Counted from the whole stretch's first letter, positions 40,188-54,160 are shown. The stretch is 63,166 bases of DNA, filler included, from Octopus bimaculoides (GCF_001194135.2; 5 parts of 4 records of this genome joined end to end with filler, not necessarily neighbours in it); one strand, 5' to 3'. A program made the numbers and translations. The notes: generated from the letters alone by a model not told the origin.

Positions 40188-40844
40188 CACACATACACAC
40201 AAACACGCTAATACACATATCTATCCAAATTAGAAACACGCAATTACAAACACACATTCACATACACATGTAATTATATACATATACACATGTAATACTA
40301 ATACCTACACACCCATCTCTCAGTTTCCCACCTCTCTCTCCCTCTCTCTCTATATATATATGCACACACATTTACACATATCTGTATATAATATATGTAT
40401 ATNNNNNNNNNNNNNNNNNNNNNNNNNNNNNNNNNNNNNNNNNNNNNNNNNNNNNNNNNNNNNNNNNNNNNNNNNNNNNNNNNNNNNNNNNNNNNNNNNN
40501 NNNNNNNNNNNNNNNNNNNNNNNNNNNNNNNNNNNNNNNNNNNNNNNNNNNNNNNNNNNNNNNNNNNNNNNNNNNNNNNNNNNNNNNNNNNNNNNNNNNN
40601 NNNNNNNNNNNNNNNNNNNNNNNNNNNNNNNNNNNNNATATATATATACAATACATATTTCTAACCAAAGTACGAACACACAAATTCACACGCAAACATC
40701 TATGTAACTATCGAATCAAATTGTTTTAAATAGTTATGTATGTATATATATGTATGAATGTATGTATGTATGTATATACGCGTGTATGTATGTATATACA
40801 CACACCACACATACACATGCACAAACACATACACGCACACACAC

Positions 40845-40876
<32 letters not shown>

Positions 40877-43113
40877 AACATAAGCTACAAGTACACACGC
40901 TCGCAAATACAAGCACACAAACACAACCGCACATATTTTATATCTCATACTAGAAATGGTTTCTTTGGTATCTTTCAGATTTCCTCCCTGCACCCGCCAT
41001 CTTATTATTATTATTATTATTATTATTATTTTTTTTTTTTTTCCTATATATAATTCCTTATTATTTTTCTGTTTTGATATACAGTCACCTCTCAGTATTT
41101 ACTGCTTAAATACGAGATAACTTTACATGTCTGTTTGAAAGATGAATAACGAAACATTTGAAGTGATTAAATAAAATAAGCTGTCTGCTCACTTAGTCTT
41201 CTGTGTACTAGTCTGTTACACATTGTTCACAGCATGGGTTAAAATGTAATGTGTATAGCCAGGGCAGCTCGACCCAAGAACCTATATAGTGTATATTTCA
41301 TCACCAACCAGCTTGTAACTCTATATGTTAGAAATTCGAATTGGCGGTTGTTTTACTTATGTTCGCTATATTCATTTGATAGAAGAAATAAAACTCCACA
41401 GTTGCTCGAACGGAGCCTGGTGCTAACACAGCACTCGGTGCTCTTGTCTTGAGTACACAAACACGTACTCATCGATTTCATGTTTCTTTTTTTTTTTTTT
41501 TCNNNNNNNNNNNNNNNNNNNNNNNNNNNNNNNNNNNNNNNNNNNNNNNNNNNNNNNNNNNNNNNNNNNNNNNNNNNNNNNNNNNNNNNNNNNNNNNNNN
41601 NNNNNNNNNNNNNNNNNNNNNNNNNNNNNNNNNNNNNNNNNNNNNNNNNNNNNNNNNNNNNNNNNNNNNNNNNNNNNNNNNNNNNNNNNNNNNNNNNNNN
41701 NNNNNNNNNNNNNNNNNNNNNNNNNNNNNNNNNNNNNNNNNNNNNNNNNNNNNNNNNNNNNNNNNNNNNNNNNNNNNNNNNNNNNNNNNNNNNNNNNNNN
41801 NNNNNNNNNNNNNNNNNNNNNNNNNNNNNNNNNNNNNNNNNNNNNNNNNNNNNNNNNNNNNNNNNNNNNNNNNNNNNNNNNNNNNNNNNNNNNNNNTGTT
41901 CCCGGTAATTCCCGGGGAGTAAAGATGTTCTATTGAAACGCCTTATTACTCTGATATAAGAAAGCAATTTCGTTATAACTGCTACAAAAGGTGTATTTTC
42001 CGTCACAAAAAAGTACAAAAACTCTCGGCTGGAGGAGGGAGAAATTGTTGGAGGTTGGCGAGAGAAGTTTTGGGAGGTTGGTGAAAAAGATTGTCGGAGG
42101 TTGGCAAGAGAGGTTGTCAGAGGTTGTCGAGAGAGGTTGCTGTTCACAGGAAAACTATTGTTTTACCGAGTGAAAAGCGCTGTTGAAGTGTTAAGTGAAA
42201 TCTGGCAATCGAGCATCGAATCCACGCTATGCCTGCATGAAGCCACTACAAGTACGTTGTGGAAAAAAAAATTATCTACTGTCATGGAGAAAGTGTAACT
42301 GTAAAAATGCAGAATTATCGGAGTAATGGGCATTCAAAAAAGTATGTATGTATGTATAGAAATGTATGAATGAAGAGATTCAAATTAAGGAAGTGTAATA
42401 ATAATGGTTAGCATTTCAAAACTGTGAGTAATGAAATGCAGAATTAGGTCGGTTGAACGTGAGAATCAAATATTGATCGCTTCACTAAAAACTGCAGGTG
42501 GTATGGGTTATTTCCCTTAGGTTGTTAAAATACAGTATTAGTAATATGTAGTAGTTAGGAGGATTCAACAGTCTAAGTATGTCACGAGGTTTCCAGACTA
42601 CTCACGTGTCACATAAAGTAAAAAAGTGATATTGTCTGCGAAAATTAGAAATTGGACACAAGTAATCAAACATAAGCAATGAAATGGGTTATTTCCCTTG
42701 AGTGTTTAAAAAAATGGTTATATGAGGTAGATATAAAGGTCCCTTCCAGGGACCGTATTATCGATTTTGTCAACAATCTGAGTATGTCATGAGGTTTCCA
42801 GACATGAGTTCTACTTACGTGTCAAGTGTCATCAAAATCAATAAAACGATGTAGAAGTTAGATAATAACGCCAAACACACACCGATTTTCCACATATGTA
42901 GCAGATATATATAAATATATATATATATAATGTGTGTGTATGTGTGTGTGTGTGTGTGTGTNNNNNNNNNNNNNNNNNNNNNNNNNNNNNNNNNNNNNNN
43001 NNNNNTTAATTAATTAANNNNNNNNNNNNNNNNNNNNNNNNNNNNNNNNNNNNNNNNNNNNATATATATATATAAATATGCACAGAAAGACTGATATATA
43101 TATATATATATTT

Positions 43114-43160
<47 letters not shown>

Positions 43161-43674
43161 AATAGATTGATAAATAGATGTAGATATGTAGATATGTAGA
43201 TATGTAGAGAATACAAGCTTGCACGCATGTCACTTATAGGCACATATATACGTGTGTGTGTGTTCAATTGTATATTTATTAAGTGCACACATGTAAAGTA
43301 AGCATAGGTTATGTTATCTCTACATTTCTAAATTACATTACTGCTTTGCTGTCCTTGTATCCCGCACGCACGCACACACACACCCACACACACACACTCA
43401 CACACACGCACACACACGCATGTATCTATGTCTGCGTGTTTATGAACGAAAGACAAGTACACCTTCAACGACGTTGAGTATAGTGAATTTTAGTGTCATC
43501 TAATGCCTAGAAACAGAGAACCTGCAAAGAGTCTGCTGTGAATAGGTATGCTTACATATATATATGTCTATGTGTATGCATACATACATAGTACATACAA
43601 TATATTGCATATATGAGTGAATGTCTGTGTGTATACATTTATGCAAACACCCTGCACATACATACACACACAGC

Positions 43675-43714
<40 letters not shown>

Positions 43715-44585
43715 ACCATACATTCAAATATATGCACGCGCACGTGTGTGTGTGTATGTGTGTGTATGAGTGTATCGACGTGTGCTGTGTGTGTCTATAC
43801 TTCACGTATAGAGACACTATAATTATTGTATTCTTCTAACTATTCAAAGATCATTTTGAAAATTTTTTCTGTTTCTTTTTTTATTAATCACATGAACCCA
43901 TATCGCGTCTAGAAAGACAGAGACGGGCGGCTTTGTCCAAATCGCTTTTTCGCGAGGTGTAATTTCGGCGACATAGCTGGGAAATGAGTTCAAAATTAAC
44001 AAGCATGTAGGCGACATGCATTGCCCCAGCATGGCCACCGGACGGAATAACTACAACGTGTAGTTAAGACAAATAAAATATCAGAATTACAGAATTTCCA
44101 ATCTTTGTCGATTTTCACAAGTCGAATTCGGCTCCAGAATGTGCGCCATCATAGTCATATTGCATGATGGGAAAATTCACACCGTGAAAACAATGGACGG
44201 AATTGCAAGGAGGGAATCAGCCAATGAATGCTACGTCTTTTCAAATGTCATGTCTTTCAGATATTCTACTGCGATTTTCGCTCTATTGCAATTAAATAGT
44301 CCCATCCTTTGACGATTGGTAATTTCCATGACACATACTGTATTTTTAAAATGTAATACCCGGATACTTTATTTTGTTATTCATTCGTCGATACGTTTTC
44401 TCTTTATTATATTTATTATGTTTACTTAGATGTTTCTCATGCCTTTCCATAGCTATTGCATTCATATATTGTCGAGCTTTTGCGTTCTTTACATGTGAGT
44501 GTATTTATTTAGTGTTGTTGCTGTTGTTATTGATATTAACGGGGATTTGTAATATAATATACTAAACGAATGCAGTCCTCCTTAC

Positions 44586-44647
44586 TAAAGGGCGTTTGAG
44601 ATTGGGTGGTCTCGGTAGCGGAAGAGATGAATGGGAGGAAATGCTGG
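44586..44647 (-). CDS. Candidate coding exon (x)[20 protein letters not shown], phase 1 to 0
   Basis: Acceptor ctatcctattttctgtAG, donor TTA|GTAAGG, 62 nt, GC-rich unique island. Confidence 0.55.
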
Positions 44648-44716
44648 CTACAGAAAATAGGATAGATTGCGACAAGTGAGAATCAGTAAAGGAAATAGAA
44701 AATAAACGTTCGTATG

Positions 44717-44756
<40 letters not shown>

Positions 44757-44837
44757 TATGCACATTCGTATGTACGGGTGTATATAACCAATTACAACAT
44801 AATATACATATGGAATGAGGAAAGAGTTGTGTGTGTG

Positions 44838-44872
<35 letters not shown>

Positions 44873-45769
44873 TTACAACAGGGATGACGCAGGCGTTCGA
44901 TCATGTAAAACAAATAATAAATGAGAATATGCATATATACGTACAGTTATGTGCATACCTACGTCTACCTGTATATATAGGTGCATGTCTGGGTACAGGA
45001 CATTGCAAACAAAACGTATATACACACACGGGTGTGTATGATTGTTTATAGAAGAATACATTACTCAAAGAAATTCCAACTTTGTCTGATTTTCACGTTT
45101 TATTTACAATCTTATAATAATGTAATATAATGAAATGATAGAATATTAAATGTCCATTATGATTGAGCTAGTACTTTCATGTATTAAACTATGCAATCTT
45201 CAGGTCCATGTAGTAGTGGTGACAGTTATGTTTTACAAGTTACAACTGCAGTGAGATGACTAGAATGTGTGCCTTAAATACATTTGTATAGGTTCCAGAA
45301 TGTTAATTTTTGCAAATTGTATTCTGACCAATCAGCGTGTCGCGTTACTAAATTACTTCAGTTGATTGGTGTTTGGTTGAGGTGTCACAGTTTGTTGAAC
45401 GTGTCGATCGACCTGTATCTTGACCCTGGCCAATCAGTAATTGTTGAGGTAAGTTTTAGAAATGTTGTAAATAACATTTCCCAGGGATTTTTACGTTTCA
45501 GTTATCATCATAACCATTATCATGACCCTTTATTATTGTTGTTGTTGTTGGTGGTGGTGGTGGTGCTAGTAGTAGCTGTGGTAATAGAACTTTAAACCAT
45601 AAAATAAATTACTTTTACTGACTTTTCTCTTGATTTAGCTAGTATTTTCCTGCTATCGTCATCATAAGAACCTTTAGTATTTTTATTATTGTTGTTGTTG
45701 TTGGTGGCAGTGGCCGTAGCAGTAGAAATAGAAATAGTAGAAACAGTACCTCTAAGTATTATTATTACT

Positions 45770-46260
45770 GTTTATTTAGTTTGGGTCGGAATACAGTTCT
45801 TTTCTATGTTTTTTTCTCTCGATTTCATTTGGACTGTGTAGTTTGTGGAATGGAAATATTATCTTTTCCGACCACATCTTGCTAGATGGTTACTCAAAGG
45901 TATCTGACGGACATCTGGTTCTCTAATTTGTTGTCGGTGCACACGAGAACGTCCAGATAGTGCATTTCCAGTTCGGCCCACATATAGTTCTTCACAATTC
46001 TGGCATTTGATGCAGGAAATTAAATTTCTGCTTTTGCAGTTCATATTTGTGTTTCTGAGTATCTTTTCCGGTTTTTGTGTTCATATATTGGCCGGAATGT
46101 ATGAATTGCCATGTGTCACATCGGCTATCATTGTATTTAGATACAGTGAAGGATTGGTATTTGTTGTTAAGATCAAACTTAGCCTTTGCTAATAATTTTT
46201 TCAAGTTTTTAGGTTGTCTTTTACTAAGAACCAGTAATTATATCTTTTAAGTCATTAATT
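45770..46260 (-). mobile_element. Penelope-like element, GIY-YIG endonuclease fragment
   Basis: CKSRNLISCIKCQNCEELYVGRTGNALSGRSRVHRQQIREP..PLSNH, with upstream KKLLAKAKF..SRCDT. Confidence 0.85.
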
Positions 46261-46962
46261 TCAGCAATGATTGGTAGGTTTGTTTTAGTCGAATGAATCA
46301 ACCCTAGTAAATATTTTTATTTTTATGCCTCTTACTTATTCTATTGCACATTTTTGCTGAACCACTAAGTTACGGAGACATAAGCACACGAATATCGGCT
46401 GTCAAACTATAAAGGAGGACGGGCTTCTTTCAGTTTCCGGCCGCGAAATCCATTCGCAAAGCTTTAGCGGGTACGAGGTTATAGTAGAAGACACCTGACC
46501 AAGATACCACGCAGTGGAACTAAACCCGGAAAGAAGTGTTTGAGAAGCAAACTTCTTACCACACAGCTACATCTCACTTACAGACTAATGAAAAGGTATA
46601 TCATAAATGTCAGTCCTACATTATGTTTGAGAAGACGAAGACAGGGTAGAGACGCTGTGGTAGATTTGATCAGGTATTTGTTGCACCCACGTGATCTTAG
46701 GTATACAACATGACCAACATCAACATCACAAATATTATGTACCCAACACTCTTCTTTATTGTAAACAAGAAGCTAGCAGGCCCTACTTGTCAGAGATACC
46801 ACTTAATTCTCAGCTGAGAATCTTAAAAAAAGAAAGGAATGCCATGAATGTTTTCAAACGACGTAAATTGCAACGGGAATATTTCTTCATCAGATATTTG
46901 CTGGATCCGTGTGACCTAACACAAAATGCCAGAGATCGACAGCAACAGAAATGCAATAAAAG

Positions 46963-47042
46963 TTATGGATTCAATGTTCTCTTCTTCATAGTAAATGCGA
47001 TCAAACCGGCATCCGGAATATTAGCTAATGGAGAAGGAATAT
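46963..47042 (-). CDS. Candidate phase-1 exon (x)IPSPLANIPDAGLIAFTMKKRTLNP*
   Basis: Acceptor ttttattctttaatttcgcaacAG, 25 open codons. Confidence 0.3.
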
Positions 47043-47508
47043 CTGTTGCGAAATTAAAGAATAAAATGAATGAAATTGCCAACATACACAGCGAAATCTG
47101 CGAGACAAAACCCTATGAATTTTTTAGATAAGTCATAAAAGAGATCATAGTACTAAAACGTAAAATGTTTCATTTCGAATATTTCTTGAATCAAAGAAGA
47201 AACACAAAATCTGAAGAAAACAGACTTCGTAGGGAAAATACGGCGGTAATTTGGAGCCAGTGTCTGTAAGTAATATGTTTTATGACGAGGTACTTAAAAA
47301 TCCTTTCAGCTATAAGGGAAAGGATTTTAGTGTATATGTTGTGTGTGTTTGTGGTTGTGTGTATGTGTGTTTGAGGAAATGTATGTATTTGTGCGTGTGT
47401 ATTTGTGCGTTTGTGCAATACTTTATACGTTTATCTATGTATGCGTACATATGTGTACCTATATACATACGTATGTATGCATGTGTATGTATCTCACTCT
47501 CTCTCGAT

Positions 47509-47539
<31 letters not shown>

Positions 47540-48004
47540 CATACATAGATAGATACATACATACATAGATATATACATACATAAATAGACAGACAGACAG
47601 ATATTTTGATAAGTTATTTGGTAGGAAACTCGAGTCTCTTGAGTCTCTTGTGTACTTTCAGGCAAATAAATACAAAGTATGAGTGTCTGTACATGTACAT
47701 ATATGTATTGATGTGTGTGTGTAAATGCTTCAGTATTACTGCATGTATGCGTATGAATAATTTCCAATTTTTATTTGTAAAAATTAAACATCTTTTATTG
47801 CCTCATTTCATTTTCAAATATTTCTTTACTACAGCTGTTGTTGCCATTCTAAATATCGTTGTTATTTTACATAATCATGGCTGTTCCTCTTTTTTATGTT
47901 TGCTAAAGGAAGGAGATTAACAGAACAGCATATCATCTTTATAATAAATATGTTCTTGAAATATCTTACCCTATTTTTACACTATATATTTATTACTCAT
48001 TTCC

Positions 48005-48129
48005 TCATCTTTTATAGCGACTGCAGATATTCTTAATGGCATTGGCGAGGCTGTTGTTGTTGTTGTATCTATTGTTATTCATCAGCGGTACGATGCTTTT
48101 CGCTTTTATTGGCTGAGCAGAAGAGAAGA
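48005..48129 (-). CDS. Candidate phase-1 terminal exon (x)FSSAQPIKAKSIVPLMNNNRYNNNNSLANAIKNICSRYKR*
   Basis: Acceptor tctgatttgtttctcttAG, 40 open codons. Confidence 0.3.
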
Positions 48130-48245
48130 CTAAGAGAAACAAATCAGATAAACAAAGACACAACAATTATGCAACAGATCGTGTTTCACACATTTATTGA
48201 GAATAAATGAATGAATGAATGAATGACAATTAGGATTAGAGAAAC

Positions 48246-48281
<36 letters not shown>

Positions 48282-48479
48282 NNNNNNNNNNNNNNNNNNN
48301 NNNNNNNNNNNNNNNNNNNNNNNNNNNNNNNNNNNNNNNNNNNNNNNNNNNNNNNNNNNNNNNNNNNNNNNNNNNNNNNNNNNNNNNNNNNNNNNNNNNN
48401 NNNNNNNNNNNNNNNNNNNNNNNNNNNNNNNNNNNNNNNNNNNNNNNNNNNNNNNNNNNNNNNNNNNNNNNNNNTATAA

Positions 48480-50786
48480 AACTTAATTATGTTTCGACCA
48501 AAGATTGTTCAAATCCATATCTAACTTCGAAGCATCACCTGACAGGATTTGCTAATTCCATTTTAAGTCAATTTGTGTGGTATGATGTCCCATTGGAGTA
48601 GGGAGTTCTTGTTAAGTGAGTCGTATCCAGGTATGGGTGGCTTTTCTGGTCTCCCTTGAAGAGATTTGTCCCGATTCCGTTTAAAGGTTATGGGATGTTT
48701 TTCCTTTTTGATGTGTTTTTTTGACAATGTTAAATAGGGCACGGCCAGTTGAGGAAAAGTAATTCTGTTGCAGTGTATCTAATTTCTGTGATCCTGAATT
48801 AGGTAGGAGATGAATGACATGTAGTCCTAACGTTGGGTGAATTCTGAAACTAATGTTGAGATCATTTGAGCAACGCTGGAGGTATATTCTCCTCATCATG
48901 CAAATGATGTATCGCTCACGGCCACGCTGGGGAGAATAGAGTTTCAATGCTTTATGGCGGTCCCAATAATCGAGATCAGTCATGCCCTTAACTCTTTTAG
49001 TAAATGATCGCTGGGGCGATTCAATTTTAGAAAAGTTTTGTTTTGTATGAGGAGATCACAGGGGATAGCAGGATTCGAGGTATAGCTTAACAAAGGAGGA
49101 GAAAAGAGGAATGATGACACGTTGTTCGCTGGACCGGAAGTTTCTTAGATTCCAGGAACTCATCCTGTATCAACCTTATAGTTGATGTGGGCACGCCAGC
49201 TGAGTTTGTTATCAACAATTACTCCTACGTTTTTGATATTATTAGATGCTGTGAGCGGTTCTCCTGAAGGAAGCGAACATGGTTGTTTTAGCATAGTCTT
49301 TCCTCCAAAGATAGGTCAGTTCAAATTTTTCCTCGTTTCCTTGCATCTTTGGTTTTGTCTTCCCATTGACGTACAGCGTGTAGATCAAACTGGAGTTCCG
49401 TTCGGTCTTCTCCGTTGATTAACGTCTTGAGCTTGGAGTCATCAGTGAATATTTTCACTTTACTGTATTTTATGACGCTGAAATTGTCGTTTATATAGAC
49501 TATAAAGAGGAGCGGGTCTAAGACATTCCTCTAAAGGGCACCACTAGTGACTCTTGCTGAGCTTGAGTGGATTCCACCGATTCCAGCATGTTGCGTTCTG
49601 TTCTCCAGGAAATACTCAATCCAGTATAAGAGTTTTCTGAAGATTCGTACATTTGACAAATTTGACAGTCGGATATTGTGGTCGACTCAGTCGAACGCTT
49701 TACTAAATTCAAAGTATATGACATCAGAGTTCGAAACTGATCCCAAGGCTTTAAGGAACTGTGCTAGAAGGTCCCTGTCGCAGCGAAAGTCATGCTGGTT
49801 TGAATTTAGGGCATTGTGGCTCTCCAAGAAGCCAGCTATCCTTGATCTCACCACTCTGTCAAATACTTTAATGGTGTGTGTGGTGAGTGAGACTGGGTGA
49901 TAGTTGAATGCGAGGGATCTGTTTCCCTGTTAGAAAACCGGGACGACAGACTAGGAGAAGAGCTGTTTCGGTATATAACCCGAGTCTAAAAAATTCTCCA
50001 GAGTTTGGTTAAGGGACTGCAAGTTGGTGTCTACATTCCTTCAGGAGACTAGCGGGGAATCTATCAGGGCCTACAGCAGAATAGTGCTTGATCTCACCTA
50101 TTGCTGCTCTGATGTCTGAACCAGTAAAGATTATGTCTGAGATTAATGTTGAGGATCGACTTCATTCCCACCCCTTACGTCAATATCAGTTGGATCAATA
50201 AAGACAGAGTAGTATTGATTCTGCAGTATTTCTGCCTTTTCTTTAGCATCATGTTAGGGAATGCCGTTATTGTCGGACAATGGACCAATAGGTGAGACAG
50301 TGTTCCTATGCTTATTCGCATATGAATAAGAACACTTTTGAGTTCCCTTTGATTCTTTTGATTACCCACTGATCATCTGCAGCTCTCTGATTTTCAATGG
50401 AGGTTTTCATGTTGCTCAGCTGATAGATTTTTTCCAACTCCATCCTTTTTATTGTTGTATAATGTGGATGCTGTTTGTTGGAGTATTTTAGTTGGTTGAT
50501 TTTTTTTATTAAATCTTTTGATGTGTGATTTTTCCTGTCTAGAGTACTTGTTTCTGTTTATGCTAGTGAATTTCGTAGCAGCGTGTTTTGAGCATGTGTG
50601 CGTGACCATGTCTTCAAAGCGCTGCCATGTGGTTTCAATGTCAGTGGAGCAGAGAGTGACGGCCCAGTCGAGGAAGGACAGATCCCTTCTGATTGCTCTC
50701 CAGTCCACTTTGTAGAGGTTTATCTTGTTCAATATGCCCAGTGGAGTGAAATTGTCTGGCTTGGTTTTGATATGTCGGAAATTAAA
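48480..50786 (-). mobile_element. 5'-truncated, degenerate CR1-type LINE (ORF2 RT and C-terminus)
   Basis: NLYKVDWRAIRRDL, DVIYFEFSKAFD, LFIVYIND..IFTDDS and DYWDRHKALKLYSPQRGRERYIICM. Multiple stops and frameshifts. Confidence 0.9.
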
Positions 50787-50799
50787 GTTGCAGTGTATC

Positions 50800-50876
<77 letters not shown>

Positions 50877-50913
50877 CCTATGTATGTATGTATGTACGTA
50901 TGTGTAGAAATAC

Positions 50914-51219
50914 TCAGTATATGATTTAACTTATTAAACACAGTTCAACAAATTCATTGATATTTATGTACAAACGGATACAGATATTTATAATAGAAAA
51001 TCGGAGTCGTCAAAATATACTGATCACTAGCTTGGATAAAACTAAAACAGACGTTAGAAGTACATAGAATTTCAGTTAGTAATCATGTTGTAATGTGTTT
51101 GTTTGTTCTCGGAGTCAAGTCTAGTTTAAACAAGACATGTTTAACATCTAATCTTCTCGACTTACATAAATATGAATGAATTTGTTGAACTGTGTTTAAT
51201 AAGTTAAATCATATACTGA
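50914..51219. mobile_element. 306-bp MITE-like element with 57-bp terminal inverted repeats
   Basis: 50914-50970 matches the reverse complement of 51163-51219 at 56/57. No clear TSD. Confidence 0.8.
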
Positions 51220-51349
51220 TTATTCCTATATAAGTTTACATATCTACACAAATTTACACCAGGAAATTCGAAAGTAAAGTAGGAAGAAACAACGTCAGAA
51301 ATCTTTGGAAAATACTTCAATGAAAGGACGATCTCGCATTCAACCATTA

Positions 51350-51389
<40 letters not shown>

Positions 51390-51608
51390 TATATTTAATA
51401 TATAAAGTTATATGTATGTATACATGTATTTCGATATGAAAATCCTAGTGCAATTATTCATGTAATTAGTGCTTATGTGTTAGTGTGTCCTGTGTGTTTG
51501 TGTGTACGTATGTGTGCGCGCGTGCTCCACAGACGAGTGCATTTGAGACAATTGGAAATTGTCGTCATTTAAATAGTGTTTGGAAACGATGAATAAAAGT
51601 CGGAATAG

Positions 51609-51838
51609 AAAGAAGAAGAAGAAGAAGAAGAAGAAGAAGAAGAAGAAGAAGAAGAAGAAGAAGAAGAGGAGGAGGAGAGAGAGAATAAGAGAGAGAGAGA
51701 AGAGGAGAGAGAGAAGAGGAGAGAGAGAGAATAGGAGAGAGAGAGAGAAGAGAAGAGCGAGAGAGAAGAGAAGAGAGAGAGAGAAGAGAAGAGAGAGAGA
51801 GAAGAGAAGAGAGAGAGAGAAGAGAAGAGGGAGCAGAG
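51609..51838. repeat. Polypurine (GAA)n/(GA)n compound microsatellite
   Basis: About 230 nt of almost pure purine on the + strand; explains the poly-K/RE ORFs. Confidence 0.95.
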
Positions 51839-52984
51839 GAGGTAGTAGAGAAACAAGAACAACAGCAGCTACACACGCAATAACCGAAACAGCACAGAAT
51901 CAAGAACGTGGTTATTAACGGGTAAAAAAAACAATTGCTGGAAGTTGTGGTGCTCATATGGTAGAGTGGCGGAGGAAGAGGGGACAATATCATTTAAGCA
52001 GATTTAAATATGTTAAAACAATGAACGTCTTCGTTTCTTTATTGTTGTTCGTGTAGTTATTGTTCTCTATTTGATCATTTCTCTTTTTAGCAAATAATGA
52101 AGAAATAATGACGAAAAATATTTGATAGAGCTCTCGACACAACATCGAAGATTATAGGGATACAGCAGCGTAAGGAATAGAAACAGTTGGAGGAGAGGTG
52201 GAAAGGAATTCTAAAGAGAATATAAGAGAGTTGCTGCCTTGATTTTATTCCTTAAGAATGGCGGATGTCATATCATGCACAGACATGCGTGTAAAATTAT
52301 TTTTACGCAAGCCAGACGCTTATTTACTCGTAGCAGCTGACGTGCAGTCATAAATGCAAGTCTGTAAATATACATATATGCATGCAATCAAATATTGATG
52401 TATACGAAAACATAAGACATGCACTTCTTCAGTAATATGCTTGTATGCGTGGCAATCCATACTCGTGTCGACGAATGCCTATGTATACATGCAAATGCAT
52501 GTATAAGCCAGGAGAGGCGAATGAGTACAGGAAATCACGCACGCACGCATACACACGCAGATTATTACAATTACACATACACATGTATTACATACACACA
52601 TATACAGACGCATGCACACACACACACACATACATATGCGGTTATTAACTCACGCATTCACAGAAACGTTTGTACTTAATGTATAATGGCTGGAACCGTC
52701 CTGATGCACAACAGAGAAATGTGATTAGCTGGAGAGATATCAGCCATGTTTAACATGTTCACTGTATTTGAATTACATAAGGACCTTCAAAATTATTCAA
52801 GTCTGTATGTGTATATGTGTGTGTATATANNNNNNNNNNNNNNNNNNNNNNNNNNNNNNNNNNNNNNNNNNNNNNNNNNNNNNNNNNNNNNNNNNNNNNN
52901 NNNNNNNNNNNNNNNNNNNNNNNNNNNNNNNNNNNNNNNNNNNNNNNNNNNNNNNNNNNNNNNNNNNNNNNNNNNNNNNNNNNT

Positions 52985-53015
<31 letters not shown>

Positions 53016-53246
53016 CACACATATATATTGTATATGTATAAGCATGTTTGTATGTTTTATATGTATGTATATACATATATTTGTCCATATATTAATGAAC
53101 GTTTGCATATGTTTCTTTTATTTCAGCACCATATAATTCTTTAATTTCACACTTAAACTTGTAATCCCGCCAAGTACTATGATCAAATGGTTGTCTCCCT
53201 TGTAATAGCTGCAATCAATAAGGGAAGTACGGATCTCTGAAAAACT

Positions 53247-53362
53247 CTAACCCGAATTTTGTGACGATACAATGAAATCGTTGACGATGGCCATGGCGTC
53301 ATGTTTCTGAATACATGCCTCTGATACTAGATAATCAAGTATTACTGATGACGAAAGAGCTT
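53247..53362 (-). CDS. Candidate phase-1 terminal exon (x)ALSSSVILDYLVSEACIQKHDAMAIVNDFIVSSQNSG*
   Basis: Acceptor ttgtttcttaaAG, 37 open codons, AATAAA about 130 nt downstream. Confidence 0.35.
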
Positions 53363-53459
53363 CTTTAAGAAACAATCGGAATATATAAGATGAACTAAAC
53401 CAAATAGAACTTTTTCTTATAAAATTTAAAATTGTAATATTATTCATTTACATTTTGTT

Positions 53460-54160
53460 TCTTTAATAATGGTTTCGATTTTAGGCAAGAGACCAGTAAT
53501 TTCTGAGGAGGAGGGAAGTCGATTATATCGACCACAGTACTCGATTCTTATTTATTTCATCAACTCGAAAAGGACGAAGAGCGAAATACACCTTGGAGAA
53601 ATTTGAACTCAGAGCCCAAAGACAGAAAATGCCGCTAAGCAATTGACCTGACGCGCTAACGATTCTGTCAGCTTGCAACCTTGTCTATATCTTTAATAAT
53701 GGTTTCATATTTTTGCACAAGGCGAGCAATTTCTGCGGAGGAGGTGAGTCAATTACATCGATCCCAGTAATCGACAACTGCTTATTTCACCGACCTCGAC
53801 TAGATGAGAGGCAAAACCGACTCCGGAGGAAGTTGAACTCAGAACATAAAAGGTGACAAAAATGTCGTTTAGTAATTTTCGCAGGGTGCTAACGATTCTA
53901 CTTGCACTCTGCCTTAAATATTGGTTTCAAATATTGACACAAGGCCAAGAAGATCGAGGAAAGTGATAAGTCGATTACATCGATTCCAGAGCTCCACTGG
54001 TCCCTATTTCATCGACCCTGAAATGAGAAAAGGCCAAGTACACCCCTACGGAATTTGAACTCAAGACATGAATACAGACGATAAGCTGCAGCGCATTTTG
54101 CCCACTGTGCTAACAAATCCGCCAGCTCGCCGCCTTGTCTATATCATTAATAACGATTTC
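53460..54160 (-). mobile_element. Array of three diverged Meta-type SINEs
   Basis: Three gaatttgaactc-type monomers. ttgtctatatc(t/a)ttaataa recurs at ~53682 and ~54136. Confidence 0.8.

Noticed and set aside
46691-47131. 146-aa plus-strand ORF
   Set aside because: No domain motif, starts at a non-ATG codon, and overlaps a better minus-strand exon candidate.
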